DNA from: Candidatus Eiseniibacteriota bacterium
GTDB lineage: Bacteria; Arandabacterota; Arandabacteria; Arandabacterales; Arandabacteraceae
Length of the DNA stretch: 64,000 nt
Reading direction: 5' to 3'
Assembly: GCA_043810925.1 (NCBI GenBank)
Contig: JBDRNT010000069.1
Coordinates: 83,273-147,272 of the forward strand
Position numbers and translations under genes: made by a program. The notes beneath the pieces are model-generated. The model was given only the letters and a program-made list of their open reading frames with translations. It ran no database searches and was not told where the DNA came from. Positions 20,301-29,416 of this stretch are shown one piece after another (the stretch's first letter is position 1; each line of letters begins with the position of its first letter).

Positions 20301-20801
20301 AAACCGGCCGATCCTAGACCTGGCCCCATCGAGCCTCCCGCCGATCAGCTCCTCACCGACAGCGCCCTTGAGACAACCCGTGAGCGCCACCAGCCCCTTG
20401 CTGTGCTCACCCAGCAGGTCCATGTCGACGCGCGGTTTGTAGTAAAAGCCTTCGGTATAGCCCTTTGAGGAAAGCGCCATCAGATTGCCGTAACCCTCCC
20501 CATCCTTGGCAAGCAGGATCAGGTGGTTTGAAGTGTCCCATACGCCCCGGCCGGTCGGCTTCCTGTCAGACCTGCTCGACCTAGCCACGTACACCTCGCA
20601 TCCCACTATTGGTTTTATCCCGGACTTGCGGGCATACTTGTAGAAGGAAACCGCTCCGAACATGCAGCCGTGGTCGGTCAATGCAAGTGCGGGCATATTG
20701 AAGTGCATTGCACGCTTGACATACAGAGAGATCTTGCCGGCGCCGTCGAGGAGGCTATAGTCCGAGTGAACATGAAGATGAACGAAGTCTGAGTACTTCA
20801 A
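17328..20801 (-). CDS. dnaE: DNA polymerase III alpha subunit
   Basis: FVHLHVHSDYSLLDG (PHP domain), GPGRGSAAGSLV, FERFLNPERISMPDIDIDF, KMDFLGL, YGFNKSHSAAY; C-terminal OB fold. Confidence 0.98.
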   Translation of the reverse strand: MKYSDFVHLHVHSDYSLLDGAGKISLYVKRAMHFNMPALALTDHGCMFGAVSFYKYARKSGIKPIVGCEVYVARSSRSDRKPTGRGVWDTSNHLILLAKDGEGYGNLMALSSKGYTEGFYYKPRVDMDLLGEHSKGLVALTGCLKGAVGEELIGGRLDGARSRIGRFVDIFGKGNVYIEVQKHGLPEEDTIIKGVLKLKDELDIPVVATNDCHYVLKDDARAQDILLCLQTGRDLDDPTRLKFANDEFYFKSPDEMKDLFTEMPEAVTNTVEVAEKCNLDLELGRIRLPNFPIPEGYTDADAYLRHLARQGLEGRYQGEHREATERLEYELRIIEQMNYSSYFLIIKDLVDAARGMGIPVGPGRGSAAGSLVSYSLGITDIDPLKFGLLFERFLNPERISMPDIDIDFCDKRRPEVIDYVMRKYGKESVAQIITFGTMAARAAIRDVGRVLKIPIPDVDRIAKLVPAEPGVTIDSALDRVSEFKQAATSERFSELIEMAQRLEGLARHASTHAAGVLITPGNLIDYVPLYRGAKGEIVTQYDMNSIESVGLLKMDFLGLTTLSIMHDALEMIRKKHDVDIKMDEVALDDRDVYGMLSEGQTVGVFQLESSGLRDLLRRIRPERFEDIVAINALHRPGPLGSEMVELFIKRKRGQRETDYEDPLLEPILKDTYGVILYQEQVIEIASKLAGFTKGQADILRRAMGKKETEVMDQQRRNFVKGAMASGLSEDVAERIFSKIAYFAGYGFNKSHSAAYALLSYQTAYLKVKYPTEFMAACLSSETGNTDRIVILLDECRRLGIRVLPPDINQSEADFTVTPEGIRFGLAAVKNVGRSAIDIIVAVRLEGGPFTTIFQMCDRTDLKSVNKRVLESLIYAGALDSMDGHRAQLLAGVEAAMAVGQKLQRDRNTGQTSLLRILETQGEQSGISRQLPYAHEWSLMEKLAHERDVLGFYSSGHPLSRYRREIDAFTTTAIAEAKRMKDGKGVVVAGIISGKKIHVSRDGNKIGFVLLEDLTGQMESVFFSNTLKAAGEKLVEGVMVIVYGTVSYRNEDQPKIRVDDFVELESSIEALTGKLEIDVDGKKITESALEILKGMLSSNPGSAPVSLVVLSEQVGDVVLQMPKARVKPTRDLIAALDGIEGVTNVRLIPKPRRRRRFR

Positions 20802-20810
20802 GGCGGCTAC

Positions 20811-22997
20811 CTACCTTACGAGTTCTTTGGCGGTCTCGCTGGTGGCGGAGTTTCCCATTTTGTCTTTGATCTCAAGCCTAATGCGATGTGTACCATACTT
20901 CAAGGGCTTTCTCGACCGCCCGCTGACCCTGCCGGTGTCGGGATCATAGCTCACAATCGCGGCATCATCGTCGATGTAACCCCTAAGCGAGCCCGAATCC
21001 AGACCCGACCCGCCATCCTTGACCTTCGCGCTGAAAAGTCCCTTGCCGTCACTTGCTCTTCGGCGAAGCCCCCCTGTAAATACGATCGAGGGCGGTTCCT
21101 CATCCTCAAGGACCACAATGGACTCAAGGCTCCGGAGTCTGACAGACGCAACTCCCGTTGAGTCGAACCTGCCAAGAAAGGAAGTGCTGGCGCCCCACTG
21201 CGCATAAACACCATGTCTGGATGTGCAATCCCTCTCCTTCGATACGACCATGAGCTCCACCTTCTCGTTGAAGAAGACACCGGCAGGCTCGAGGACGACA
21301 CCGCCCAGGTTTTCTCCAAAGCCTTTGTGACTCGAACCGCCGGCTTCGGACAGCCTGACGAGGGTGCTTGAAGCATATCCGGCAGGTGCGCTCAGTCTGA
21401 CCTTGTACCTCTCGCCAAGGAGCCAGATTCGCCCACCCGGTACGATCCGGCCGATCGCGAACCCCTCCGTCCTTTCAACCTTCTCCGCACCGAATTCGAA
21501 TGCAGCCCTCAGATGAATCACCTGGTCCGTCCCCGCCGGGTGGTAGGCGGCTCTGAAGAGATTGTCCCCCTCAGGTTGAAGAACAACGGTCGCAAGGCTG
21601 CTGCCCTCATAAATCCGGACCACCGGCAGTGAGCTTGGTGTAGCCGGCGGCCGGGCATATATCTCGATATAGTCAGGATGGAGTACCGTCTCAATATCGA
21701 CTGAATCGACCGGCTCCCCTCCCCCCACGGCAAGGACGCAGGTCCTCGTAAAACCGCTGCGGCTGGTAAGCGTGCAGCGGACCTCGGTATCCGGAGTCGC
21801 CCCAGGAATCCGGCCTCGGTACTGCCCTTTGGCAGGCGGCAGTTCGACGCGTTTCCAGCTCTTACCCTGCCCGCGCACCGCGAACTCGACCTCACAGTCG
21901 GCCGGGCCGGGGACCATCACCACCTCGACACCGGCACTATCCTCCTTAAGGCCGTACGATACGAACCCGGGTGTAGTGCCATAGTAGAACGGCACGCCGA
22001 TCCAATCGGAATTACCCCATGCATCTCCGACATGTATGCGCAGGTTGTGGTACCCCTCGGTAAGATTCGCAACAACCTGTGTTGCCTGATCCGCCAGACA
22101 CGTGAAACCTCTGAGATCAAGACCATAGGGATCGAACAGCCTCACGAACCGCTTCCCGGCGACCGTATGGTATATCGATCCGATGAAATGGGACTTGGAG
22201 AAAGGAAACCTGTCGAGGTCAAGAGCCCACAGCGGTGAATCGTCGATCCATGCTTCGTAAAGTACAGGCGTGAGCGTCCTGCCGCACTGTACCCGATCGA
22301 CCGCTGAGACACTCACACCGAACGGGCCGCTGATCATCACGGTATCAGGTGCGGTCGCAGATGCTATGGTGACCGGATCATGACTCCCATTGACGGTTGC
22401 GCCAGCGCCAAGCGGTGTGAACAACAGCGTTTTTATCTCAGGCGAGATGCTCTCGGTGAGATCCATGTAACCGGGAACGGGATTGAGATTGTCGTGATCG
22501 TGGCGGCCCGATCGCAATTCGAAGTGAAGGTGCGGCGGCCCGGAGCCGGTGTCTCCGCTGAAGCCAATGGTGTCACCCGGGAGGAACCTGAACACATTGG
22601 GCTCGAAATACATTTCTACATCATAGGCGCCCCTCAGATCCTGCTCCCTCTCAACCGACGCTTCGATTCGGGGCGCGTACCGGGAGAGATGCCCATAGAC
22701 CACCATCTTGCCGTCACTTAACTGCGCGTAGAGCGCCTTGCCGTACCCACCGTTCCAGATACGAATCCTCCACACCCAGCACGTGTCAACCGCCAGAACG
22801 GGAACCCCGGTGACTCCACCCGTTGAGAAGTCTATTCCGGCGTGCAGGTGACCGGAACGATAGCTCCCGAATGACGATGTGGGACAGATGTCAACCGTAA
22901 GGGGCCAACCAAACTGCCCGCTATAAGCAGATGTTGACAGGCATACGGAGATCAGAAGAAACAGCAGGCCGGCTCTTGCAGGTGCAGTTAATCGCAT
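20811..22997 (-). CDS. M23-family metallopeptidase with a long C-terminal extension
   Basis: FGSYRSGHLHAGIDF, YGHL, GDTGSGPPHLHFELR; ATG at 22997 preceded by GGAGGA. Confidence 0.85.
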   Translation of the reverse strand: MRLTAPARAGLLFLLISVCLSTSAYSGQFGWPLTVDICPTSSFGSYRSGHLHAGIDFSTGGVTGVPVLAVDTCWVWRIRIWNGGYGKALYAQLSDGKMVVYGHLSRYAPRIEASVEREQDLRGAYDVEMYFEPNVFRFLPGDTIGFSGDTGSGPPHLHFELRSGRHDHDNLNPVPGYMDLTESISPEIKTLLFTPLGAGATVNGSHDPVTIASATAPDTVMISGPFGVSVSAVDRVQCGRTLTPVLYEAWIDDSPLWALDLDRFPFSKSHFIGSIYHTVAGKRFVRLFDPYGLDLRGFTCLADQATQVVANLTEGYHNLRIHVGDAWGNSDWIGVPFYYGTTPGFVSYGLKEDSAGVEVVMVPGPADCEVEFAVRGQGKSWKRVELPPAKGQYRGRIPGATPDTEVRCTLTSRSGFTRTCVLAVGGGEPVDSVDIETVLHPDYIEIYARPPATPSSLPVVRIYEGSSLATVVLQPEGDNLFRAAYHPAGTDQVIHLRAAFEFGAEKVERTEGFAIGRIVPGGRIWLLGERYKVRLSAPAGYASSTLVRLSEAGGSSHKGFGENLGGVVLEPAGVFFNEKVELMVVSKERDCTSRHGVYAQWGASTSFLGRFDSTGVASVRLRSLESIVVLEDEEPPSIVFTGGLRRRASDGKGLFSAKVKDGGSGLDSGSLRGYIDDDAAIVSYDPDTGRVSGRSRKPLKYGTHRIRLEIKDKMGNSATSETAKELVR

Positions 22998-23017
22998 ATT
23001 CCTCCAGCAACCACCCC

Positions 23018-23047
23018 AATGTACCACCAGAGTGCTCACGCTGTCAA
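23018..23047 (-). promoter_or_regulatory. Sigma70-type promoter for M23-dnaE
   Basis: TTGACA-18 nt-TACATT with extended TG. Confidence 0.6.
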
Positions 23048-23140
23048 CCCGTGGAGAAACCCGTGGGGTCAGATCTTGAAATTAAGCGTGGTTTCACAGG
23101 TGACCTTGTGTGTGCAGGCTGATCGTTTGCGTGGGCAGAC

Positions 23141-23209
23141 TCTGGCGCTCCTCTTGCTCCGCAAGCGAATGCCTTTCCTGAGCCGGGCGGACCCAGGGGC
23201 GAGCCGGCA
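23141..23209 (+). repeat. Dispersed ~70-bp hairpin repeat, copy 1
   Basis: Core CGCAAGCGAATGCCTTTCCTGAGC flanked by imperfect inverted arms; homologous to copies at 25146, 39716 and 39856. Confidence 0.8.
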
Positions 23210-23231
23210 ACGCCACATCGGGAAAAAGCGC

Positions 23232-23260
23232 TTGTAGTGCGGGGGGCGAATTGTTAGTAT
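23232..23260 (+). promoter_or_regulatory. Sigma70-type promoter for surA/ppiD
   Basis: TTGTAG-17 nt-TAGTAT with extended TG. Confidence 0.45.
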
Positions 23261-23297
23261 GCTTTGAGTCTATTTATCATCGGGGAGGAACGGAGCA

Positions 23298-25097
23298 ATG
23301 CTTTCACAACTTAGACAGAACACGAAGATAATACTCTGGCTAGTCATTGTTGCCTTTGTCGGTTTGATATTCGTAGTCTGGGGCATGAACCTCAAGAAAT
23401 CGGGAGGACCCGAGGCCGGCTACATAGGCAAGATCGGCCACGAGCGCATAACCGTTGAAGAGTACCGCAGCGAAGTCATGAATCAGCGAGCCGCTTACTA
23501 CGAGTCCCAGGGCCAACGACCCGGGATGCAGGAAGAAAAGACCTTGGCCGACAGGGCCTGGGAGACTGTGGTCCAGCAACATCTACTCTGGAAAGAGGCC
23601 GCCAAGAACGACTTCATGGCGACCGACGAAGAGGTCCTCATGGAGCTTCAGACCAATCCCCCGGCATTCATAAGGACACAGCCTATTTTCCTGACCGACA
23701 GTGTGTACGACCACTCGAAGTACCTCGCTGCCCTGGATGACCCTGCGTATGATTTCAGCTTTCTTGAGAGTTACATAAGATCGACACTGCCCCTCCAGAA
23801 ACTCCAGGAGTACATAGGTTCGACTGTAAGGGTCACGGATCAGGAGATCCGGCAGCTGTCAAGGATGCTCGAGGAGCAGGTCACGATCTCCTATTTGACG
23901 GTAAATCCCGGGACCGATGTCAGGGAATCGATTCCTGACCCGACAGGGACCGAGCTGGAATCGTTCTATTCCAACCACATGGAAGACTTTAGAACGCCGG
24001 AGAAACGGAAAGTGGCCTACATCAAGTTTCTGAAGCAACCGAGTGCTGAGGATGAGAGATATGCCAGGGAGAAGATCGAGGAGGCGCATGACCTGGTGGA
24101 TGCAGGCGAGCCTTTCCATGAGATAGCGGCTGAGTACTCCGATGACTCCAGGACTGTCGCCGCCGGCGGCGATCTCGGTTGGATAAGCCGTGGCAGGTTA
24201 CCGGCGGTTCTTGATTCGGTCGCTTACATCCTCAAGCCCGGACAGATGAGTGACGTCATAAAGACCGATCAGGGTTTCCATCTCCTCAAACTGGACGAGA
24301 CCCGCGTGGTTGACGGGGTCGAGGAACGGAAGTTGTCCTACATCTTATCGAAGCTTGAGGCAAGCCCGCTCACCATAGAGCAGGTTGGCGCCGTGGCGGC
24401 CGAAGTGGCCCAGACGGCTGGGCACAGAGGCGTTGAAGAGGCCGCTGCCGAGAATGCGTATGAATTCGCTCAGTCCGAGGAGTTGGTGCTTGATCAGTTC
24501 TCCATGATGTACGGGATCGACCGGTCCAAGGCCGAACAGGTATTCGAGGCGGCACGAAACGGCGTGATCGGTCCCCTCGAGGGGTCCGGATCATTCTATG
24601 TCTTCCAGGTTACAGAGATAGTCGCCACACGTATCCCTCCCCTCGAAGAGATACGTGACTACGTCACCAAGTCTTATTCGTTTGACCGGAAGCGCCGGGT
24701 AGCTCAGGAGATGGCATCCGATGTAGTGCTTGACCTCTCCCGGGGCAGTTCTCTTGAACAAGCGGCCTCGAGCCATGGCCTGGAGATCAGACAGTCACAG
24801 CCCTTCACAAGAATGTCACAGGTTCCGGGTATCGGAAGTGCCAATGCCGTAATCGCGCAGGCCTTCACGCTAAGCCCATCGGCAACCAGCGGTGTGCTCG
24901 AGCAAGGAGGCGTGTTCTACGTGATCCGGGTGGACGAGCGGCAGGGAGTCGATGAAGACCGGTTCGAAACCAATTTCCAGGGTATCAAGATGTCGCTCCT
25001 CAATACCAAACAGCAGGCATTCATAGGAACCTGGTACATGGGTCTGAGAAACGCCACCGAGATCGAGGACTACCGAACCCTCTCCCCCACGTATTGA
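23298..25097 (+). CDS. PpiD/SurA-type periplasmic chaperone / peptidylprolyl isomerase
   Basis: N-terminal TM anchor (IILWLVIVAFVGLIFVVWG); SurA-N region; parvulin motif FHEIAAEYSDD...GGDLGW...SDVIKTDQGFHLLK. Confidence 0.88.
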   Translation: MLSQLRQNTKIILWLVIVAFVGLIFVVWGMNLKKSGGPEAGYIGKIGHERITVEEYRSEVMNQRAAYYESQGQRPGMQEEKTLADRAWETVVQQHLLWKEAAKNDFMATDEEVLMELQTNPPAFIRTQPIFLTDSVYDHSKYLAALDDPAYDFSFLESYIRSTLPLQKLQEYIGSTVRVTDQEIRQLSRMLEEQVTISYLTVNPGTDVRESIPDPTGTELESFYSNHMEDFRTPEKRKVAYIKFLKQPSAEDERYAREKIEEAHDLVDAGEPFHEIAAEYSDDSRTVAAGGDLGWISRGRLPAVLDSVAYILKPGQMSDVIKTDQGFHLLKLDETRVVDGVEERKLSYILSKLEASPLTIEQVGAVAAEVAQTAGHRGVEEAAAENAYEFAQSEELVLDQFSMMYGIDRSKAEQVFEAARNGVIGPLEGSGSFYVFQVTEIVATRIPPLEEIRDYVTKSYSFDRKRRVAQEMASDVVLDLSRGSSLEQAASSHGLEIRQSQPFTRMSQVPGIGSANAVIAQAFTLSPSATSGVLEQGGVFYVIRVDERQGVDEDRFETNFQGIKMSLLNTKQQAFIGTWYMGLRNATEIEDYRTLSPTY

Positions 25098-25145
25098 TAT
25101 TGTCGATCCTCGTTACGAAAGCCCTCTGCAGCGACCATTGAGAAC

Positions 25146-25217
25146 AGTGCCTGCGTAGCCTTTGGGCCGCAAGCGAATGCCTTTTCTGAGCAGGCGGACC
25201 GAAGGCAAGCCGGCACT
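25146..25217 (+). repeat. Dispersed ~70-bp hairpin repeat, copy 2
   Basis: Arms AGTGCC...GCCTTTGGGCCGC and GCGGACCGAAGGC...GGCACT around the core AAGCGAATGCCTTTTCTGAGC. Confidence 0.8.
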
Positions 25218-25243
25218 CGCGTTGAGCCAGCTGTGGTGGGAGG

Positions 25244-25450
25244 TTAGCCGGCCCGGTCTGAGCCGTCCTCGGGTGGGTCGATGGAAGTGCCCTTGTCGAT
25301 CTCGTCTTTTATCTGCCTTACAGCCTTCCTTACCTCGCGGGTAGCCTTGCCCATCGCCCGGGCGAACTCCGGAATACGCTTCGATCCAAAGAGCATGAGT
25401 ACAACAAGGACAACAAGAAGTACCTCCGAACCGCCTATTCCGCTGAACAT
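25244..25450 (-). CDS. tatA: Twin-arginine translocase TatA/E subunit
   Basis: IGGSEVLLVVLVVLMLFGSKRIPEFARAMGKATRE. Confidence 0.92.
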   Translation of the reverse strand: MFSGIGGSEVLLVVLVVLMLFGSKRIPEFARAMGKATREVRKAVRQIKDEIDKGTSIDPPEDGSDRAG

Positions 25451-25463
25451 CCTCTCTGCTCCC

Positions 25464-25868
25464 CTACTCCGCGCCGTGCGGCAATGACCCGGCGAGATCG
25501 CTACCGATTACAACCGTCACATCTACAAAGAACGCGCTGCCCACCTGATAGATCACGCCACTCCCCGGCAGTACCGAGGCGACCGCACGGGCTTTGCTTC
25601 GATCACCCGAGCGGTCCACGACCAGCGTTTCCCGGTGATCGAAATCATCCGCGTTGCCTACAAACATAACGTCGCAACCTTGATCTATGAGTATCTCGCC
25701 GACCCCCCGGGCCGTCCCCCCGACACCGCAACCGTTCAAGACCTCAACAACTATCGGAACCTCGCACACGCTCCCCCCGCTACCCGTCTGTGACAGGGTT
25801 GTCCAGGCGAAATAGACCGCAACCATGGTAATGCCCAGCAGCAACGCTCTGACCAGGGCCCATGTCAT
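25464..25868 (-). CDS. LytR C-terminal domain protein
   Basis: TM helix, then VEVLNGCGVGGTA...VGNAD...DVTVVIGSD; ATGA overlap with the HIT gene stop. Confidence 0.85.
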   Translation of the reverse strand: MTWALVRALLLGITMVAVYFAWTTLSQTGSGGSVCEVPIVVEVLNGCGVGGTARGVGEILIDQGCDVMFVGNADDFDHRETLVVDRSGDRSKARAVASVLPGSGVIYQVGSAFFVDVTVVIGSDLAGSLPHGAE

Positions 25869-26359
25869 CGGTCTGAGTCGAGCCTTTGCCCGGCTTCGAG
25901 GATCTTGTTGTAGGTGTCCGCCAGAGTCTCCGGAAGCACCTTCACTTCGGACACGACGGGCATGAAGTTGGAGTCGCCCTCCCAGCGAGGTACCACATGC
26001 ATGTGGACATGGCCGGGGAAGCCCGCTCCCGCACACTTGCCTATGTTCATACCGATATTGAAGCCGTCGGGATTGAGTGCATGTCTCAGGGTCCTCTCGC
26101 TCCAGGCTACCAGATCCATCAACTCACACGCTTCAGCTTCGGACAGGTCACTTACGCAGTTTGTGTGCCTGTAGGGAACGACCATCAGGTGCCCGGTCGT
26201 GTACGGATACAGATTCATGATCACATATGCGAGTTTGCCTCTTCGCACTATGAAGGTGTCCTCATCCGAAGCGGACTGGACCTTCTTGCAGAATATGCAG
26301 TCGCTGCTATCGGCGTTTTCTATGTATTCCATTCTCCAACCCGCGCTTATTATCTTCAT
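25865..26359 (-). CDS. HIT-family nucleotide hydrolase (Ap4A phosphorylase-like)
   Basis: WRMEYI, CIFC, NLYPYTTGHLMVVPYRH, HVHMHVVPRWEGDSNFMP. Confidence 0.92.
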   Translation of the reverse strand: MKIISAGWRMEYIENADSSDCIFCKKVQSASDEDTFIVRRGKLAYVIMNLYPYTTGHLMVVPYRHTNCVSDLSEAEACELMDLVAWSERTLRHALNPDGFNIGMNIGKCAGAGFPGHVHMHVVPRWEGDSNFMPVVSEVKVLPETLADTYNKILEAGQRLDSDR

Positions 26360-27974
26360 CCCTCTGTCTCCTGGAGTAGATCTTCCTCACTGAGTTGAGC
26401 TCCATAGCAGTGTTCACCCCGAATCCCTCGGTGTAATCATCGATCAGAACCGCTTCGACACGTCCTCCTCGAGACTTTATAGACTGTATGGAATCCGGAA
26501 GATAGTACTCCATCTGAACGTTGCTTGCCGTCAAAGTGAGAAGTGAATCAAAGAGAGGTCCCGCCTTGAAACAATAGAGGCCTACGTTTATCTCCTTGAT
26601 CTTCCGCACCTCCCGGTCGGCATCACGCTCCTCCACGATATTGACAAACGACCCCTTCTGATTCCTCACGATCCGTCCGTAGCCGCGTGCATCGGGGACG
26701 CATACCGTGGCAAAAGTAATGGCATTGCTGTGCCTGGCATGAAGCGTGAGCAGGCGCTTCACGGTGGCCGCCCGCACCAGCGGAACGTCGCCCGAAAGCA
26801 CCAGGATGTCGCCGGCAAAACCGGCAAGCAGCGGATAAACCTGTAACACCGCATGGCCTGTGCCTCTCTGGACGTCCTGCCTCACCGTACCGACCCGCAG
26901 CTTCTTCATAAGCGGTTGGAGTTTTTCGCTCTTGTGGCCGACTATGGCGAAAACATCTTTGACTCCCGCGGCCCTCGAGGCACGGACCACGTGTTCGACC
27001 ATCGGCACTCCGCCTACCTCGTGGAGCAGTTTCGGTCTCTCGGACTTCATCCGCTTCCCCTCGCCGGCAGCGAGTATCACGCATACGGTGCCACGCTTGA
27101 TACGGCTCTGCGAACCCCGCCCGATGCGCGGATCCACCGCAATATTGTCTATCAAGCGGGCCCGTCCGACCAACGCGGCCACCGCGATCCGCGCTTCGGA
27201 GTCGATGTAGCGGATGTCATCAAGTGTCACGGGATCGATGACGGCGGCATACTCGACCTTTGTAACCCCGCTGTCTACGAGGAGTGACATAATGCGGTCT
27301 TTGATCACATGGGACCGGCGCTCTCCGCTTGCCACGAGCAGTCTGGCGAGCTCAAGCGATCTGAAGAGCGAAGTAGCAACTCCCCTCTCCTCCTCGGAGA
27401 GGTATGCGTTCCGGGAGCTCAAGGCCAACCCGTCCTTGTCCCGCACGGTCGGCACTCCGATGATCTCCACGGGGAGCCCGAGATCACGGACCATTCGTTT
27501 TATTATCACCAGCTGCTGGTAGTCTTTCTCCCCGAAGAAGGCTTTATCCGGCATGACAGCCAGCAACAGCTTGAGCACGACCACACACACGCCGTCAAAA
27601 TGGTTCGGTCTCGTCTCGCCGCAAAGTTTTCCGCGAAGATCGTCGACACCTATCGACGTCCCAAAGTCCGGCGGATAGATCTCCCGCACGGAGGGTACGA
27701 AAAGCAAGTCGCAGCCTATTCGCGACAGGAGTCCCTTATCCCGGCGAAGATCCTTCGGATAACGGTCGAGGTCCTCCGTAGGTCCGAATTGCTTCGGGTT
27801 TACGAAGATGCTCGTAACCACGACATCACAGGTGCGGCGGCACTCCTCAACCAGCGCCAGGTGACCGGCATGAAGGTAGCCCATCGTCGGGACAAAGCCG
27901 ATCGACCTTCCCCGCTTCCTGGCCCCGGCGAGCTCCCGTCTCAGGTCATCAGTCCTTCTTATTGTCTTTAGCAT
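26307..27974 (-). CDS. panC: Pantoate-beta-alanine ligase fused to a GlmU-like N-terminal nucleotidyltransferase domain
   Basis: PanC motifs GFVPTMGYLHAGH, SIFVNPKQF, RPNHFDGV, FGEKDYQQ, GLALSSRN, RLIDN; then ILAAGEGKRMKS, GTGHAV, GDVPL, GYGRIVR, EYYLPD, GVNT. Confidence 0.9.
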   Translation of the reverse strand: MLKTIRRTDDLRRELAGARKRGRSIGFVPTMGYLHAGHLALVEECRRTCDVVVTSIFVNPKQFGPTEDLDRYPKDLRRDKGLLSRIGCDLLFVPSVREIYPPDFGTSIGVDDLRGKLCGETRPNHFDGVCVVVLKLLLAVMPDKAFFGEKDYQQLVIIKRMVRDLGLPVEIIGVPTVRDKDGLALSSRNAYLSEEERGVATSLFRSLELARLLVASGERRSHVIKDRIMSLLVDSGVTKVEYAAVIDPVTLDDIRYIDSEARIAVAALVGRARLIDNIAVDPRIGRGSQSRIKRGTVCVILAAGEGKRMKSERPKLLHEVGGVPMVEHVVRASRAAGVKDVFAIVGHKSEKLQPLMKKLRVGTVRQDVQRGTGHAVLQVYPLLAGFAGDILVLSGDVPLVRAATVKRLLTLHARHSNAITFATVCVPDARGYGRIVRNQKGSFVNIVEERDADREVRKIKEINVGLYCFKAGPLFDSLLTLTASNVQMEYYLPDSIQSIKSRGGRVEAVLIDDYTEGFGVNTAMELNSVRKIYSRRQRDEDNKRGLENGIHRKRR

Positions 27975-28779
27975 CGTCGTAGCTCTCATCGAGGGAAGGG
28001 AATGCTCCCGTTCTTACATCCCCTACATATCCCGACAGGGCCTTGAGGATGTCCGGTTTGAGATCCGCGTACTTCCTGACAAACTTCGGAACATAACCGT
28101 CATAAAGGCCCAGGATATCGTGACAGACAAGGACCTGCCCGTCACACTGCGGCCCTGCACCTATACCGATTGTAGGTATACTCAACTTCTCAGTTATTTC
28201 CTTGGCCAGTCTCCAGGGCACTCCCTCAAGCACTATGGCGAAACATCCGGCTTCCTCAAGCGCAAACGCATCGTCGATGATCGCCTCACGGCCCCTGCCG
28301 GTCTTGCCCTGGACCTTGTACCCGCCGAACCGCCTTATGGCCTGCGGGGTGAGCCCGATGTGACCCATAACGGGTATCTTGGCATCACCGATCGCCTTCG
28401 CGGTGGACGCCCTGCAGACTCCGCCCTCGATCTTCACCGCATCCGCGCCGCCTTCCTTGATCATCCTTCCGGCGTTCTTGAGCGCTTCCGACGGGGACAC
28501 CTGGAAAGACATAAAGGGCATGTCGGCAATGACCAGGGCGGCCGGTCTGGCTCTTGACACCGCTTTGACGTGACACAGCATCTCGTCCATGGTAACCGGG
28601 AGCGTGGTCTCGTATCCGAGGATGACCATACCCAGCGTGTCCCCAACCAGGATGATATCGACACCGGCTTCATCAGCCAGCCGGGCGGTCGGATAATCAT
28701 AGACTGAGAGCATGGCGATCCGCTTGCCCTTGCGCTTCATCGCCATCACGGCTGGGACTGTGACCTTCTTTCTCTCCAT
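27949..28779 (-). CDS. panB: 3-methyl-2-oxobutanoate hydroxymethyltransferase
   Basis: ILVGDTLGM, ADMPFMSF, VKIEGG, GHIGLTPQ, TIGIGAG...DGQVLV. Confidence 0.97.
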   Translation of the reverse strand: MERKKVTVPAVMAMKRKGKRIAMLSVYDYPTARLADEAGVDIILVGDTLGMVILGYETTLPVTMDEMLCHVKAVSRARPAALVIADMPFMSFQVSPSEALKNAGRMIKEGGADAVKIEGGVCRASTAKAIGDAKIPVMGHIGLTPQAIRRFGGYKVQGKTGRGREAIIDDAFALEEAGCFAIVLEGVPWRLAKEITEKLSIPTIGIGAGPQCDGQVLVCHDILGLYDGYVPKFVRKYADLKPDILKALSGYVGDVRTGAFPSLDESYDDAKDNKKD

Positions 28780-28780
28780 G

Positions 28781-29416
28781 CTAGTCCGACCCTCCCCTGT
28801 AGTACATCGTGCCTCGCTTGTGGGTATTGATGGTTTCGATCAGCCTCTCGATATGCGATTGCGAGCCCGGCAGGTCAAGTGAATCGGTATTCACCATGAC
28901 AAGCGGAGTCTCATCATAGTGGAAGAAGTGGTTGTAGGCTTTGTTCAGAGTCTCTATGTAGTCTCGCGGCATGTTCTTCTCAAATGGTCTCCCACGCTTA
29001 TGGATTCTGTCCATCAGTACATCCGTCCCGGCCTGTAAGTACACCACGACATCCGGCCGGGCGATATCTCTTTCAAGTATCTTCACCAGTTTCTCATAGA
29101 GCATAAGTTCATCGTCGTTGAGATTGATGTATGCGAATATCCGGTCCTTCGCGAAAATATAGTCACTGACGACCCGCTGTGCAAAGAGACTTGCCTGTGC
29201 GAGGTCCATCTGCTGTCTGTACCTGGAGAGAAGAAAGAATATCTGGGTCTGGAAGGCGTAACTGCGCATATCATCATAGAACTTCTTTAGAAACGGGTTT
29301 TCCTCGACTTCTTCCACCTGGAGCTGTGCTTCGAGCTTGTCAGATAGAATCGTGGCAAGCGTCGTCTTACCGACACCGATCACGCCCTCGATCGCTATGT
29401 ATCCAGGTTCCGCCAT
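28781..29416 (-). CDS. Deoxynucleoside kinase
   Basis: YIAIEGVIGVGKTT, ENPFLKKFY, QIFFLLSRYRQ, PDVVVYLQA. Confidence 0.93.
   Translation of the reverse strand: MAEPGYIAIEGVIGVGKTTLATILSDKLEAQLQVEEVEENPFLKKFYDDMRSYAFQTQIFFLLSRYRQQMDLAQASLFAQRVVSDYIFAKDRIFAYINLNDDELMLYEKLVKILERDIARPDVVVYLQAGTDVLMDRIHKRGRPFEKNMPRDYIETLNKAYNHFFHYDETPLVMVNTDSLDLPGSQSHIERLIETINTHKRGTMYYRGGSD

Noticed and set aside
17328..20801. Intein or split in dnaE
   Set aside because: Normal length (1157 aa), continuous motifs and no intein signature.
23141..25217. surA/ppiD as cargo of a composite mobile element bounded by the two repeats
   Set aside because: Housekeeping gene, no transposase or target-site duplication seen, and the two copies are diverged; independent insertions are the simpler explanation.
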